Position numbers and translations under genes: made by a program | Notes under the pieces: generated by a model | Seen by the model: only the letters and a program-made list of their open reading frames with translations | The model's database searches: none | What the model was told of the DNA's origin: nothing | Part shown: positions 20,020-29,984 of the stretch, one piece after another | Layout: the number at the start of each line of letters is the position of its first letter | Numbering within the stretch: position 1 is the first letter of the stretch | Source: a virus | Taxonomy: Duplodnaviria > Caudoviricetes | Reading direction: 5' to 3' (one strand) | Virus record (IMG/VR): IMGVR_UViG_3300032050_000177 | Span: 1 to 54,624 of that record | DNA: 54,624 bases

Positions 20020-20567
20020 GAGTTATATAAGTTAGAGAAAAAGAACCATCTTTGTAGCTGTTGGGTGTCGCTTATACTATTAACGGTGTGAAGATATGAT
20101 ATAATTTCATCCATAGAGCTAAAAATGTGTTCGTGAGGAAGCATAAAAAACATCCAGTTTGGAGCCTTATGCTTTCCTTGCTCACACCATACTAATATGG
20201 GCTTTTTTTGTCGGTTAGCAGTTGTTATTTCCTCATAAGTGCCGCAGGCATGTGTATCTATATCAATATGAGCTATAATAAAATCTGAAATATCAACGCA
20301 TCTTAAATCAGCACTCCTTATAGCACTGAAAGCTGGTCTAATTTTGTGATATTGTCCAGTTTCCTTATAATGTTCTATCCAATGTCTAGCGTCTTCTTCT
20401 GATACGTTCTTGACCATTTTTTTGCACGGGTCAAGAACTTTAACGCCCAAGCTAGATAAGTGTGGAGTTATTCTTTGTCTCCAAGTTACACCACCATCGT
20501 GTACTCTATCCATAGCACCAACTAGATAAACTCTAGTACCTTTAAGATTGTTTATTGTAGAATCCAT
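20016..20567 (-). CDS. Nucleoside 2-deoxyribosyltransferase-like / nucleotide N-hydrolase
   Basis: 'VYLVGAM', 'WR', 'DLRCVDISD', 'GTYEE....KP'; start reassigned to ATG 20567. Confidence 0.7.
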   Translation of the reverse strand: MDSTINNLKGTRVYLVGAMDRVHDGGVTWRQRITPHLSSLGVKVLDPCKKMVKNVSEEDARHWIEHYKETGQYHKIRPAFSAIRSADLRCVDISDFIIAHIDIDTHACGTYEEITTANRQKKPILVWCEQGKHKAPNWMFFMLPHEHIFSSMDEIISYLHTVNSISDTQQLQRWFFFSNLYNS

Positions 20568-20958
20568 CGTCCATGCTCCACCATAGTTTATAAATACCAA
20601 GCCCGTTTATCACTTGCTCACACCTTTCGCACGGTTTGCTACATCTTAATTTTCCATGCTTATTCAGTCTTACAATAACCATCCTTAGACTACCATCTAT
20701 ATAATGCTTACCCCATAATCTAGATATTAGATCTGTCTCAGCGTGTAAGTATGGATGCTCCAAATCTGTATTAAATCTTTTTGAAAGCATTAATGCTTGT
20801 GTATGTGTTTTGTCTGGACAGTTTTGCCCAATAGCAAGTAGCTTATTCTTTTTAAAACCAAAAGCAAAATGGAAGAACTTATTCTTACTTTGCCTTTCTT
20901 GTTTGGCTCGCGGTAGCAAGGACAACGCAATTTCAAGTGACTGATCTAATATATTCAT
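20542..20958 (-). CDS. Zn-dependent cytidine/dCMP deaminase-like protein
   Basis: HAE and SKPCERC motifs. Confidence 0.75.
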   Translation of the reverse strand: MNILDQSLEIALSLLPRAKQERQSKNKFFHFAFGFKKNKLLAIGQNCPDKTHTQALMLSKRFNTDLEHPYLHAETDLISRLWGKHYIDGSLRMVIVRLNKHGKLRCSKPCERCEQVINGLGIYKLWWSMDDGFYNKQS

Positions 20959-20961
20959 AAT

Positions 20962-21303
20962 TTAGTTCTTAAGTGCTATCATCAAAAATTCTTGTACGCT
21001 CGACGGTGGATCGCTCATGGTGCTAAAAATAAACTTAGCTTTCTTTTTTGCTTCTGTTTTCTTCATACCAAGAGCATGAAGAGCCTCTATGCAGTCAAAA
21101 TACAATTGTTGAGATTCAAAACTTGGCTTTGTTGCAACAATCTGTTGAATAATTGGTTGATCTTCAAGGTATCCCATAGTGACTAAATCTAGATTGTGTA
21201 AATTAATAGTTTTACCTTCAAAGTAAGCTTTTCTAGCATAGTAATAAACTAAACCAATAAAAGCTAACATGAAAATAAAGCTGGTATTTTCGTATGGATG
21301 CAT
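20962..21303 (-). CDS. Hypothetical membrane-anchored protein with RuvA-CTD-like tail
   Basis: N-terminal hydrophobic helix; 'IEALHALGMKKTEA'. Confidence 0.55.
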   Translation of the reverse strand: MHPYENTSFIFMLAFIGLVYYYARKAYFEGKTINLHNLDLVTMGYLEDQPIIQQIVATKPSFESQQLYFDCIEALHALGMKKTEAKKKAKFIFSTMSDPPSSVQEFLMIALKN

Positions 21304-21338
21304 ATTTATTTCTCAAAAAGTGTGATGTCAACCAGTTA

Positions 21339-21367
21339 AGTATACCTTACTTATCGTCTACTGTCAA
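21339..21367 (-). promoter_or_regulatory. sigma70-type promoter
   Basis: TTGACA-17-TATACT with CGATAA in spacer. Confidence 0.8.
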
Positions 21368-21377
21368 GCCGTTCTTT

Positions 21378-21417
21378 AAGAAAAATGGCCCGTCAGCATC
21401 CTTGCAAACGGGCCATT
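21378..21417 (-). terminator. Rho-independent terminator after ssb
   Basis: AATGGCCCGT/ACGGGCCATT stem followed by a U-rich tail. Confidence 0.8.
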
Positions 21418-21441
21418 CTAATCACATCTGAACTAATCTTA

Positions 21442-21786
21442 TCACTTCTCGGTCTGTTCTTTACTTTCTTGTGTTACAGTATTTGATGGACCAAGAGAAA
21501 TTTCATCTGCCATTACGCAAATAGAATTCTTAGTGTTTCCATCTTTATCCTGGTAATCATCTATTTTTAGCTTTCCCTGCACCCCTACCAAGCGACCTCT
21601 AGTTAGATGTTCCTTTAATGCTTCCGCCATCTTGCCAAAGCACAAAACATTGAGAAATAGAGTATCTTCATTACGTCTATCATTTACAGCCATGCGAAAT
21701 TTAGCCATAGTTGTACCCTTGTGGGTAACAGTAAGTTCCGCATCTCTTGTGAGTCTACCACAACCAAGCCATGTATTAATATTCAT
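21442..21786 (-). CDS. ssb: Single-stranded DNA-binding protein
   Basis: 'GRLTRDAEL', 'FRMAVN', 'L.RG.LVGVQGKL...Y.DKDG'; start reassigned to ATG 21786 after GGAGG. Confidence 0.9.
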   Translation of the reverse strand: MNINTWLGCGRLTRDAELTVTHKGTTMAKFRMAVNDRRNEDTLFLNVLCFGKMAEALKEHLTRGRLVGVQGKLKIDDYQDKDGNTKNSICVMADEISLGPSNTVTQESKEQTEK

Positions 21787-21790
21787 ACTA

Positions 21791-22111
21791 TCATACCTCC
21801 AAAGCTGAACGAATTCTTCCACGAACCACTTGAGTATTTCCATGATTATGTGTAGCTAGAGTAGCACTATATACGCTTCTAGCAAAGTCTCTAGAAATTC
21901 CTAGTAGGCTAGCAGCAAACTCTGTTGACTCTCTAGTGTTTCGGAAAAAACCAAGACCCTTCTTGTGAGCCAGGGCAGTAATTGGATTTAGCTTAAAACC
22001 CTTAAAGTCACCACGCTGAATCTCTGCAACAACCCGATTATCACCGTCAACATCCCAATGATATGAAGAGGCAATATTCTCTAAACTATCAAAAAACTCA
22101 CTATAATTCAT
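21791..22111 (-). CDS. Hypothetical protein
   Basis: 106 aa, AGGAGA RBS. Confidence 0.7.
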   Translation of the reverse strand: MNYSEFFDSLENIASSYHWDVDGDNRVVAEIQRGDFKGFKLNPITALAHKKGLGFFRNTRESTEFAASLLGISRDFARSVYSATLATHNHGNTQVVRGRIRSALEV

Positions 22112-22136
22112 AACTATTCTCCTAAAAATTACTAAT

Positions 22137-22322
22137 TTATTTATTACTTACTTTCTCACTATCAGAAGCGTCTTCCAACTCTTCTATTTCTTCAAGACCC
22201 TTTTGGATATACGATGTTAGTTTGTTAATTTCATCGTCTATCAACTTTTTTTGATTTTTAAGTTCTTCTATCCTAGCATGAACGTTTTGTAAGTGGGCTT
22301 TTGCCATATCTACTACCGACAT
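22137..22322 (-). CDS. Hypothetical coiled-coil protein
   Basis: ATG 22322 after GGAGG. Confidence 0.65.
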   Translation of the reverse strand: MSVVDMAKAHLQNVHARIEELKNQKKLIDDEINKLTSYIQKGLEEIEELEDASDSEKVSNK

Positions 22323-22365
22323 TGTTACCTCCAATATGTTATATCGTGGAACAGAAATAAAAACA

Positions 22366-22569
22366 CTAGTACTTCTGATGATATGTTAAATAGTCTAAAA
22401 CCGCTTGGTGACTCCAAGTTACTTGATAATCACCATCGGTGGCCAGTTCGCAAACTTCTATATATTCCGATTGTAGTTTTGCTAGTATTTTAGCTAATAA
22501 TTCTATTTGATTTTTTTGTACACAATCTTCTACTAAATCTATCATAGCTTTAAGTTTATCATCTGACAT
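22366..22569 (-). CDS. Hypothetical protein
   Basis: 67 aa, tightly packed in operon. Confidence 0.6.
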   Translation of the reverse strand: MSDDKLKAMIDLVEDCVQKNQIELLAKILAKLQSEYIEVCELATDGDYQVTWSHQAVLDYLTYHQKY

Positions 22570-22570
22570 A

Positions 22571-23011
22571 TTATTCTTCTTTATATAGGGTAAGATCTAT
22601 ATCACACTCTTTAAATACGTCTTGTGAAACTATAAAGTCTGACTTCCATCTTTCTGGCATATTATCATAAGATACAACTCTGAGTATACCAGCCTGTGCT
22701 ATCATACTAGCACATTTAGGACACGGCATAAATGGATAAGTATAGATTGTACATCCAGTTAGTTCGGTTTTTGCAAACATCAATGCATTACATTCTGCAT
22801 GAATAATAATTTTATATTTTAATTCTCTTTCGTTTAATCTATCGTTATCAATAAGGCCCATTGGAAATCCATTATAACCAAGAGATATAATTCTATTATT
22901 ATAATCTGTTATAACAGCACCAACCTGTGTGGATGGATCTTTTGACCAACCGGCTACAAGTTTAGCTAAATCAAGAAATCTTTTATCCCACTTATAGCTT
23001 GGTGAATTCAT
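22571..23011 (-). CDS. dCMP deaminase
   Basis: 'SKDPSTQVGAVI', 'GYNGFP', HAE, PCPKC. Confidence 0.92.
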   Translation of the reverse strand: MNSPSYKWDKRFLDLAKLVAGWSKDPSTQVGAVITDYNNRIISLGYNGFPMGLIDNDRLNERELKYKIIIHAECNALMFAKTELTGCTIYTYPFMPCPKCASMIAQAGILRVVSYDNMPERWKSDFIVSQDVFKECDIDLTLYKEE

Positions 23012-23144
23012 ACCATAATAGTCCTAAATTAGCAAAAGCATATCCCATCCACATAACTCCATGAGGATGGTCTTTTTGATAAAAGCACGATAAACTAGTA
23101 ATGGCATATAAACATGTTGATATAATAACACAAGGAATAGCCAT
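22992..23144 (-). CDS. Small hydrophobic protein (50 aa)
   Basis: MAIPCVIISTCLYAITSLSCFYQKDHPHGVMWMGYAFANLGLLWYEFTKL; starts at guaC stop after AGGAG; below ORF-track cutoff. Confidence 0.55.
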   Translation of the reverse strand: MAIPCVIISTCLYAITSLSCFYQKDHPHGVMWMGYAFANLGLLWYEFTKL

Positions 23145-24265
23145 TATATACTCCTATCAAAATGTACTCTATTTACCTTTATGAATTCGGCACATCTTGG
23201 TAAGTCCTTAAGATTGTTGGCACCAGTATACGCACAGGCACTTCTTATTCCACCAAGTATATCCTCTATTATATTAGAGGCTTGACCCTTATAATCCACT
23301 GTTAATACCCTGCCCTCGCTAGCTCTATAATTTTTAATGCCACCATATTTGTGTTGAGCTTTATGTGAACTCATTCCATAGAATGTTAGAGATTTCTTTC
23401 TTTTAGCTGTTTCGCACCCCGGATCTAATGGTTGCCACCATTCTGAGTGAACTGTTCTATCATTATTGATTATTTGGCATAGATATTCATAATCCCACTC
23501 TCCTTCACACTCTTCTACTCCAGCCAGCATTCCGCCAAGCATAACAAAGTCTGCATTAGCCGCAAATGCCTTTACCACATCCGATGGAGTTCTGCACCCA
23601 CCATCAGCACATATCAAACCAAGTCTTTTATCCTCACTCTTTAAGCCGTGTGCTGCGTGTGAGCATTCTGCTATAGCTGATAATTGTGGATATCCAACGC
23701 CCGTTTTCAACCTAGTCGTGCAGGCTGAACCTGGGCCGATTCCTACCTTCACAATATCAACTCCACCATGAAGAATTAATTCTTGAACCATCTCTGGTGT
23801 GCATACATTGCCAGCCATTATAATTGGTTCGCTACCAAATAAATCTCTTACCTTTTGACAGAAGTTAACAAAGTTATCAGTATAACCATTAGCAACATCT
23901 ATACAAATATTAGGAATAAAATATTTACTAATAAATTGATCTAGTTTATTAATATCTGAATCTTGTATTCCCATACTATACCAACCATAATCAATATCGG
24001 TTGGGTCTAGTTGATAGTCTTCAATGTTATAATGTTTATGTAAACATGTAATGATATTAAATTCTCTTAACGCTTTCATCATTGATAATGTGCCAACAGA
24101 ATCCATGTTTGCAGCCATTATTGGTGTGCCAGACCACTTCCTAGAAGAGTGATAAAAAGAAAACTGCCGATTTACATCAACACAGACCCTTGAGGCGGCT
24201 CGGGATCGCTGTGGAACGAGTAAGACATCATCAAAGTCTAACTTAGTATCATTAATTATTTTCAT
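23144..24265 (-). CDS. guaC: GMP reductase
   Basis: 'KLDFDDVLLVP', 'PIMAANMD', 'CIDVANGY', 'KVGIGPGSACTTR..GVGYPQLSA', 'FYGMSS', 'YRASEG'; true start ATG 24265 (the ORF-track extension runs through the tRNA). Confidence 0.92.
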   Translation of the reverse strand: MKIINDTKLDFDDVLLVPQRSRAASRVCVDVNRQFSFYHSSRKWSGTPIMAANMDSVGTLSMMKALREFNIITCLHKHYNIEDYQLDPTDIDYGWYSMGIQDSDINKLDQFISKYFIPNICIDVANGYTDNFVNFCQKVRDLFGSEPIIMAGNVCTPEMVQELILHGGVDIVKVGIGPGSACTTRLKTGVGYPQLSAIAECSHAAHGLKSEDKRLGLICADGGCRTPSDVVKAFAANADFVMLGGMLAGVEECEGEWDYEYLCQIINNDRTVHSEWWQPLDPGCETAKRKKSLTFYGMSSHKAQHKYGGIKNYRASEGRVLTVDYKGQASNIIEDILGGIRSACAYTGANNLKDLPRCAEFIKVNRVHFDRSI

Positions 24266-24298
24266 ATTATCCTTTGCTATGTAACTATTAGTATCTAG

Positions 24299-24379
24299 TG
24301 GTAGGTGAAGGATTCGAACCTTCGAAGCCGAAACATCTGATTTACAGTCAGACCCCTTTGACCACTCGGGAAACCTACC
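24299..24379 (-). tRNA. tRNA-Tyr(GUA)
   Basis: GGTAGGT/ACCTACC acceptor, TCTGA-CTGTAAA-TCAGA anticodon arm, GGTTCGAATCC T arm; CCA not encoded. Confidence 0.93.
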
Positions 24380-24387
24380 TAAATGAG

Positions 24388-24417
24388 ATAACGGGACAGG
24401 TTGCCCCATCCCGTTAT
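24388..24417. terminator. Hairpin between rIIB-like gene and tRNA-Tyr (terminator or processing stem)
   Basis: ATAACGGGA...TCCCGTTAT 9-bp inverted repeat. Confidence 0.45.
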
Positions 24418-24433
24418 ACTCACGTTCAGTAAA

Positions 24434-25309
24434 TTAAACACCAACAAGATCACGACGAGTACGCTTAGAAAGAACTTGATTAATTCTTTCCATCTTTGCA
24501 GTAACCTCAACAACCCACTCGCGGTTACGCTTTTTACGATTCATATGTGAAATATCGTCACTGGTAAGATGAACAGCCTTATCAAAGATTGTATTAAATT
24601 CTGATACAACTTCGTATCGGCAGCATCGCAGCTTTTGGAACTTTGCGTCTGTAGGTACGCTCACAACATCGCGGGGATTTACCTTGCAGATCATCAAACG
24701 ATTTCCGCCATCGTTATCATCATCATCAAGATTAATTCCCCCATAACTCTTAGCATAATCAATAGCCCCAACATGTAGACCAGCACCGCACCCAACGTCA
24801 CGATTATTGTCAACCTTATTTCGCGGAACCTCGCAAACGGAGCCTACACTATTATCAAACTGTCCAGAATAAATATCCTTGTAGTCCTCACGAACAGCCT
24901 TATATGCAAGAAAGTGTCCATCATAAGTAATGGGCATGTTCTTATGCTCCATAAAGTCGAACAATTCAACAATGGCATGATCAGATGGATTCTGACTAAG
25001 ATTATCAAGGAAATTAAGCATTGGCTCAAAGGGAAAGCCCTGCTTAATCATATCCAAGATAGTACCAGTAAACATTTCTGGCATCTGAATACCATCCCAA
25101 TTCAATGATCCAGCATTGCAGTTAACATACCCCTCGCAGTAAGCATTTACATGAGAGATGATATCGTAAGCTGCCTCAAAATGCTCCACATTATTAGTCT
25201 TAAGATGATACACCAGCTTATTATAATTAGGATGAGACTTATTAAAAGAATAGGTCTGATCACTGACCACAGCACTAACCGAACCGTCATTAGCAATAAT
25301 ATATTTCAT
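24434..25309 (-). CDS. rIIB: rIIB-like protein
   Basis: 'PITYDGHFLAYKAV', 'GLHVG..DYA..Y', 'KVNPRDVVSVP.D...KLRCCRYEV'; directly after rIIA-like gene. Confidence 0.85.
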   Translation of the reverse strand: MKYIIANDGSVSAVVSDQTYSFNKSHPNYNKLVYHLKTNNVEHFEAAYDIISHVNAYCEGYVNCNAGSLNWDGIQMPEMFTGTILDMIKQGFPFEPMLNFLDNLSQNPSDHAIVELFDFMEHKNMPITYDGHFLAYKAVREDYKDIYSGQFDNSVGSVCEVPRNKVDNNRDVGCGAGLHVGAIDYAKSYGGINLDDDDNDGGNRLMICKVNPRDVVSVPTDAKFQKLRCCRYEVVSEFNTIFDKAVHLTSDDISHMNRKKRNREWVVEVTAKMERINQVLSKRTRRDLVGV

Positions 25310-25332
25310 AATAGAACTCCTTAGTGTTTAAT

Positions 25333-27468
25333 TTACATAGAACAAAGAGTGTTAGACATATTCTCAGCACTCTCAATTGTGTCAATATATTGTGCAACCA
25401 TCAGCTTGTCTTCATGATTCCAAGGATTCCCAAGCAACTTAAGCAAGGGATACTTCTTGATCTCATTGTCGAAACGCCTAGAAAACCTATCGTCCTCAAT
25501 CTTTACGTGGCTAAAGTCAATCTTAGCTACATCGATAAGATTACAAGAAACATTGTAAATGATACTCATATCAGCACTGACTTTATCCCTCTGCTTGATA
25601 TAATCATTATATTGACTCACAATCCTCTTAGCTTCATTATCAGTCTGAGTCATCATAAAGATATCCTGCCACTTATCATGTCGGCCATTCGAAAGGTAGC
25701 ATCGTCGCTGATGCTCAATAACATCCTGCTTATGAGTCTTAACTGCCTCATTAAAAATCTTAGAAAGAATTTCTACACCGGGACGCCAATTGGGCCTTTC
25801 GTCAAGCTTACGATTCTTTGCTACAGATGGCTTAACAATGTAGAATGTGGCATCGTCAAGAACATCTGCATACTTCTCATGAACGAACTTAAGGATACCA
25901 GACAGATATGATGTGTCAATAGTAGATCGACCAAACTGAACTTCGTTTTTAGACTCAATGAAGTAGTGGGCATTTTCATACTTAACACTCATAGTGCAGT
26001 CTTCGAACTGTCCCTTTTCTTCGTTGTACACCATAGCCTGCACCGCTGGCATACCGCTTCCAGCACCAGTACTAGAGCGATTATATTCTACCTTGGGCAG
26101 AGTAGAAGTAAGGATAACATCCTCACGCTTTGCATCACCCATGATAGAAAACATATGGCAATTATCCACAGATTCTCCATCGCGAAGCTTATAGAGATAA
26201 TTCATCTGACTGTGGTGATGGCTATTATCCTTCATATGCTGCTTAATGCGGCTCAATCCTCCGCGATTAAGATCGTCAATAAAGTACTTATTATGCTCAT
26301 TGAAGTACATACGCTCAACATCTGTCTTAACATCAATCTTCACACGGTATCGTGACTTTTCAAGCGTAGTAAGTTTAACATGCTTTACGTCGATATATTC
26401 TCCAGCAACACTGTCAAAGAGCTTCATATCTTTCCATGTCAAAGACTTTTGAAGGGACTGCATAGCAGAATTGATAGATGAACACTGATTACTAATCTGA
26501 ACGTACTTTGTTCGTGCCTTATAAAGTGACGGCTGAGTAGCAATCTGTTCCTCAATCTTTGTAGCAATCTCATCTACAATAGTCTGCAACACATTGAGAA
26601 TATTAGCCTTAGTTTCCTTGCTATAAGACAAGGATTCGCGGCTAGGAGTAATGTCCACATCTCCAATATTCATGAAGATACGAAGACCACTAGAGTTTTC
26701 AATAAACTTGCATCGCGGATCTGAAACGTTATTAGACCTCAACTGATTAACATCAATGGGATAAGCAATCTGACCCATGACGATCAAGTTATCATCAAGG
26801 TTATCATCAAAGTACCAGTTATTACCAGCAAGAATCTTGTTAGTCTTTGCATAGTCTGGCTTATATGCCAGAAAATTAGGCTTAGTATTAAAGTATTCGT
26901 AAACCTTGTAGGATTCAGAGTGGAAACGGCTAATGTCGTAGCTATTAACATTGATGGAAACCTTAATACCATTAGGCTCCGACGTTACAGTTTCATTCAT
27001 AAGAGAGAACACGGGGTTGCCGTCCTCATTCTTATAAGCTGTATAAAGCCGATAAGTACCATCAACATAAGACTCTACAGTAAAGCTGTCGCAGTAGGCG
27101 AATGGAGCCTTGCTGCCAAGACCAAGGCAACCAACAGCGTCATTACTATTATTACGAGTGCTACGGAAATACGTAGTGTAAAGTTGCATACAGTCTTCAT
27201 GACTCATGCCCGTACCGTAGTCACGAATAAAAAAGACGGGCTTAAGCTGAGTGGGAATATGAACGTCGAAAGAAACGTCCTTCTTTCCTGCCTCTACATG
27301 AGAATCATAGGCATTGGTTGAAAGCTCTCGGATAACAGCCAGTACCTTATTAGAATACAGACCGTCAGAAAGAATAAAGAATGCCTTAGAGGAAGCCTCA
27401 ATGCTAAACTTAGACTCTTCAAAGTTACCAGACTTCTCAATCACATTCGAACCGGCGTGAAGTTTCAT
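25333..27468 (-). CDS. rIIA: rIIA-like protein (N-terminal GHKL ATPase)
   Basis: 'LSDGLYSNK..AVIRELSTNAYDSH', 'IRDYGTGMS', 'GCLGLGSK', 'ITPSRESLSY'. Confidence 0.88.
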   Translation of the reverse strand: MKLHAGSNVIEKSGNFEESKFSIEASSKAFFILSDGLYSNKVLAVIRELSTNAYDSHVEAGKKDVSFDVHIPTQLKPVFFIRDYGTGMSHEDCMQLYTTYFRSTRNNSNDAVGCLGLGSKAPFAYCDSFTVESYVDGTYRLYTAYKNEDGNPVFSLMNETVTSEPNGIKVSINVNSYDISRFHSESYKVYEYFNTKPNFLAYKPDYAKTNKILAGNNWYFDDNLDDNLIVMGQIAYPIDVNQLRSNNVSDPRCKFIENSSGLRIFMNIGDVDITPSRESLSYSKETKANILNVLQTIVDEIATKIEEQIATQPSLYKARTKYVQISNQCSSINSAMQSLQKSLTWKDMKLFDSVAGEYIDVKHVKLTTLEKSRYRVKIDVKTDVERMYFNEHNKYFIDDLNRGGLSRIKQHMKDNSHHHSQMNYLYKLRDGESVDNCHMFSIMGDAKREDVILTSTLPKVEYNRSSTGAGSGMPAVQAMVYNEEKGQFEDCTMSVKYENAHYFIESKNEVQFGRSTIDTSYLSGILKFVHEKYADVLDDATFYIVKPSVAKNRKLDERPNWRPGVEILSKIFNEAVKTHKQDVIEHQRRCYLSNGRHDKWQDIFMMTQTDNEAKRIVSQYNDYIKQRDKVSADMSIIYNVSCNLIDVAKIDFSHVKIEDDRFSRRFDNEIKKYPLLKLLGNPWNHEDKLMVAQYIDTIESAENMSNTLCSM

Positions 27469-27511
27469 ATCGCTAATCTCCTACAAGTGCTAATTTACTG
27501 AACGTGCTTCA

Positions 27512-27539
27512 ATGATACTACAGTTATCGTCGCTGTCAA
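27512..27539 (-). promoter_or_regulatory. sigma70-type promoter of rIIA/rIIB
   Basis: TTGACA-16-TATCAT, CGATAA in spacer. Confidence 0.75.
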
Positions 27540-27564
27540 GCCCATGCCTTTAAAAATTCTTCTG

Positions 27565-27867
27565 TCACTTCTTTTTTTCTATAGAAAATGATATTGGACT
27601 CATCGCAAAGTCATCAATATAATTATTTTCATAATCTTCCCACTCTTCTAAGAAATCTATAATTATATCTTGATCTTCTTCAATATATCTATAAGCTTGA
27701 TAGTCATTAATATCATCATTCCATATAAAGATGCCATCCTTGTCTGCTTCAACGTTCTTTAGATCTTCTTTGAAAAATCTAGAGGCCAACACTTGTACTG
27801 GAGAGAATTGATTGTTCTTCATTGCTCTCACAATATCACTTTCAGACATAGATAGTTTTAGAGTCAT
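27565..27867 (-). CDS. Hypothetical acidic protein
   Basis: 100 aa, ATGA overlap with thyX. Confidence 0.65.
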   Translation of the reverse strand: MTLKLSMSESDIVRAMKNNQFSPVQVLASRFFKEDLKNVEADKDGIFIWNDDINDYQAYRYIEEDQDIIIDFLEEWEDYENNYIDDFAMSPISFSIEKKK

Positions 27868-28499
27868 GACCAGTTCAAAGCCTCACTTATAATAGGGAAT
27901 TGTTGACAAAAAATCTTCTTACATTCTAGAGCTATATCTTGATGCTCTTTTTGTGTACCATTCTTTTCTCTTAGCTGTATATAGTGAATCCACGATCTAA
28001 CAGTGCCACTAACATATAATCTTGTTGGAGTGGCCAGTGGTAATACAAACCTAGCACACTCTTTTGCTACGCCATCTTCAAGCATGCCGTCATAAATAGC
28101 TTTAGCTTTAGCAAAGTGTTCTCTAATTTTAGTATTCCACTTTGACTTGATTTCGTCGCTAATATCATCAATACTATTTTGTCTATTTTTATTGTCTTGC
28201 CTACGAAGTTCAAATAGTGGTATATCTTCTGATAGCAAGGTAGTGTCAGCATATCTCTGACTAAATTCTTGGAAAGTAAAACTACGGTGCCGAAGAATTT
28301 GTGCAGCAAGACCTCTTGTGGTATTCAACTCTAGAGTTAAAAAAGACTGTTCAAATATAGACCAGTGCTGGTGGTCGATGCAATACTTAAGCAATTTAGA
28401 GTAATTATCAGAGCCTTGATTGCTAGGGTTACTTACTCTAGCACAATAGGCCATAAGCTTTTCTGCATCTGGAGTGCAGCTTACAAATTTAACTAGCAT
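27864..28499 (-). CDS. thyX: Flavin-dependent thymidylate synthase
   Basis: 'HWSIFEQ', 'QILRHRSFTFQEFSQRY', 'KECARFVLP'; start reassigned to ATG 28499. Confidence 0.95.
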   Translation of the reverse strand: MLVKFVSCTPDAEKLMAYCARVSNPSNQGSDNYSKLLKYCIDHQHWSIFEQSFLTLELNTTRGLAAQILRHRSFTFQEFSQRYADTTLLSEDIPLFELRRQDNKNRQNSIDDISDEIKSKWNTKIREHFAKAKAIYDGMLEDGVAKECARFVLPLATPTRLYVSGTVRSWIHYIQLREKNGTQKEHQDIALECKKIFCQQFPIISEALNWS

Positions 28500-28549
28500 A
28501 ATATTCCTTTCCTGTTGTCCCTTTATTCTAACCCGCCGCAAGCGTTTTG

Positions 28550-29338
28550 TCAATTATTTTTTGGTAGCTCCAAGGTAATTTCTTTGGAAGACATTGTTTT
28601 TTTAATCCACTTTACGTATTTACTTACCCTTGTGTGACCAGCCTCATTATTATATGTTGATCTTTGTTGCCCAGTATTATGCATTACACAAGAATTTATA
28701 CCAGCTAGTTTTCCATCTATAAATAATCCCCCTCCACTATCTCCACTAGCTATTAAAAATTCTAATTGCGTTCTACCAGATCTTATGGATGGACTTGGAC
28801 TACATATTAATAAGTGTCTATCTACTTTATCTATTATGTTTGATCCTGCTCGCCTATACTGATCTGATTTTATTTGTCCAGTTAAAAATGTTCCAGTTAA
28901 ACCATATCCAGATATACAGCACAATTTACCAACTTCATCTTCTTTACTATATAACTCTGGATAGAAATCTAGATCCAAATCTTTTGATAGATAAACTAAG
29001 CCTATATCTCCATAACCAAAGTCTTTATTATAATCTTCGTGAGAAAATGTTTCTAATGCTAATATTGTTTGTTTATTTGCTTCTTCGCTTATGCCACATA
29101 TTTTAACGTCATCAATAACGTGTGCCGCTGTTAAAGCCCACCTTGGACCAATGGCTACACAAGACCCGCAGAACATTTCGTTAGTTTTTGACACTCCGCA
29201 AAGCTTATAAACATATTTAAATTTTTTACCATATTCTATATATTTTGAATCGTCTGTTAGTGGGTCTATTGTGCCAGCTATACCTAATAATGTGGAACAG
29301 GCTAAAATAATACCTAAAATATATTTAAAGGTTTTCAT
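28550..29338 (-). CDS. Trypsin-like serine protease with signal peptide
   Basis: LTAAH, DIGL, GDSGG catalytic triad motifs; hydrophobic N-terminus. Confidence 0.9.
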   Translation of the reverse strand: MKTFKYILGIILACSTLLGIAGTIDPLTDDSKYIEYGKKFKYVYKLCGVSKTNEMFCGSCVAIGPRWALTAAHVIDDVKICGISEEANKQTILALETFSHEDYNKDFGYGDIGLVYLSKDLDLDFYPELYSKEDEVGKLCCISGYGLTGTFLTGQIKSDQYRRAGSNIIDKVDRHLLICSPSPSIRSGRTQLEFLIASGDSGGGLFIDGKLAGINSCVMHNTGQQRSTYNNEAGHTRVSKYVKWIKKTMSSKEITLELPKNN

Positions 29339-29658
29339 TTGCGTGGCCTTTGTTTGAGTTTAGAATAGTAAGTTGCTGCATCCTCTACAACATTTGTATT
29401 CCAACTTTTATAATCCATTAAATGGCCAAAAACAAAGTGGCAGTGTTTGCCACACAAAGTTATTAAATTATTAGGGTCTAACTCCTTCTCTGGACAAAGT
29501 TGAACTGGCTCAATGTGGTGTACTTCTAAATCTTCGTCTGACCCACAAGCTCTACATATTGGATCTAACTTTAAGTGTTCATTTCTAACACTTCTCCATT
29601 TGGGAGAACGTGCTGTTTCGTCTGTTTTATGAAAAAACTGCTTTAAAAACTTGAACAT
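29335..29658 (-). CDS. HNH endonuclease
   Basis: 'CRACG....LEVHHI...NL.TLC..CH'. Confidence 0.85.
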   Translation of the reverse strand: MFKFLKQFFHKTDETARSPKWRSVRNEHLKLDPICRACGSDEDLEVHHIEPVQLCPEKELDPNNLITLCGKHCHFVFGHLMDYKSWNTNVVEDAATYYSKLKQRPRK

Positions 29659-29705
29659 AGATATATACCTGTATGGAAAAGACCATACTTGTATACACCT
29701 ATATT

Positions 29706-29891
29706 CTAAGCTTGGTTAATTACCTCAAGCTTTGGTATATTATCAAAATCTGAGACTTCTTTTATTTCTATAACTAAGAGCCTATTTTCAACGGTATTGT
29801 GTTCTTTTATATAGTTTTGTATGAGATTATTTATCTTGTGACAGACATTGTTGCAGTCCAAGTTTTGATTCATTGATATTGCCAGTTTCAT
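29706..29891 (-). CDS. Hypothetical protein
   Basis: 61 aa ORF. Confidence 0.5.
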   Translation of the reverse strand: MKLAISMNQNLDCNNVCHKINNLIQNYIKEHNTVENRLLVIEIKEVSDFDNIPKLEVINQA

Positions 29892-29984
29892 CTGTTTTAA
29901 TCTTTTCTTTTAATCCTAGCATTGTCGCATCATCCTCCCCAACGCCATGATTCCATTCTAAATCAATATCATAATCTTCATTTG

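Noticed and set aside
24266-24409. N-terminal extension of GuaC in the ORF track
   Set aside because: It reads through tRNA-Tyr; homology and RBS start at ATG 24265
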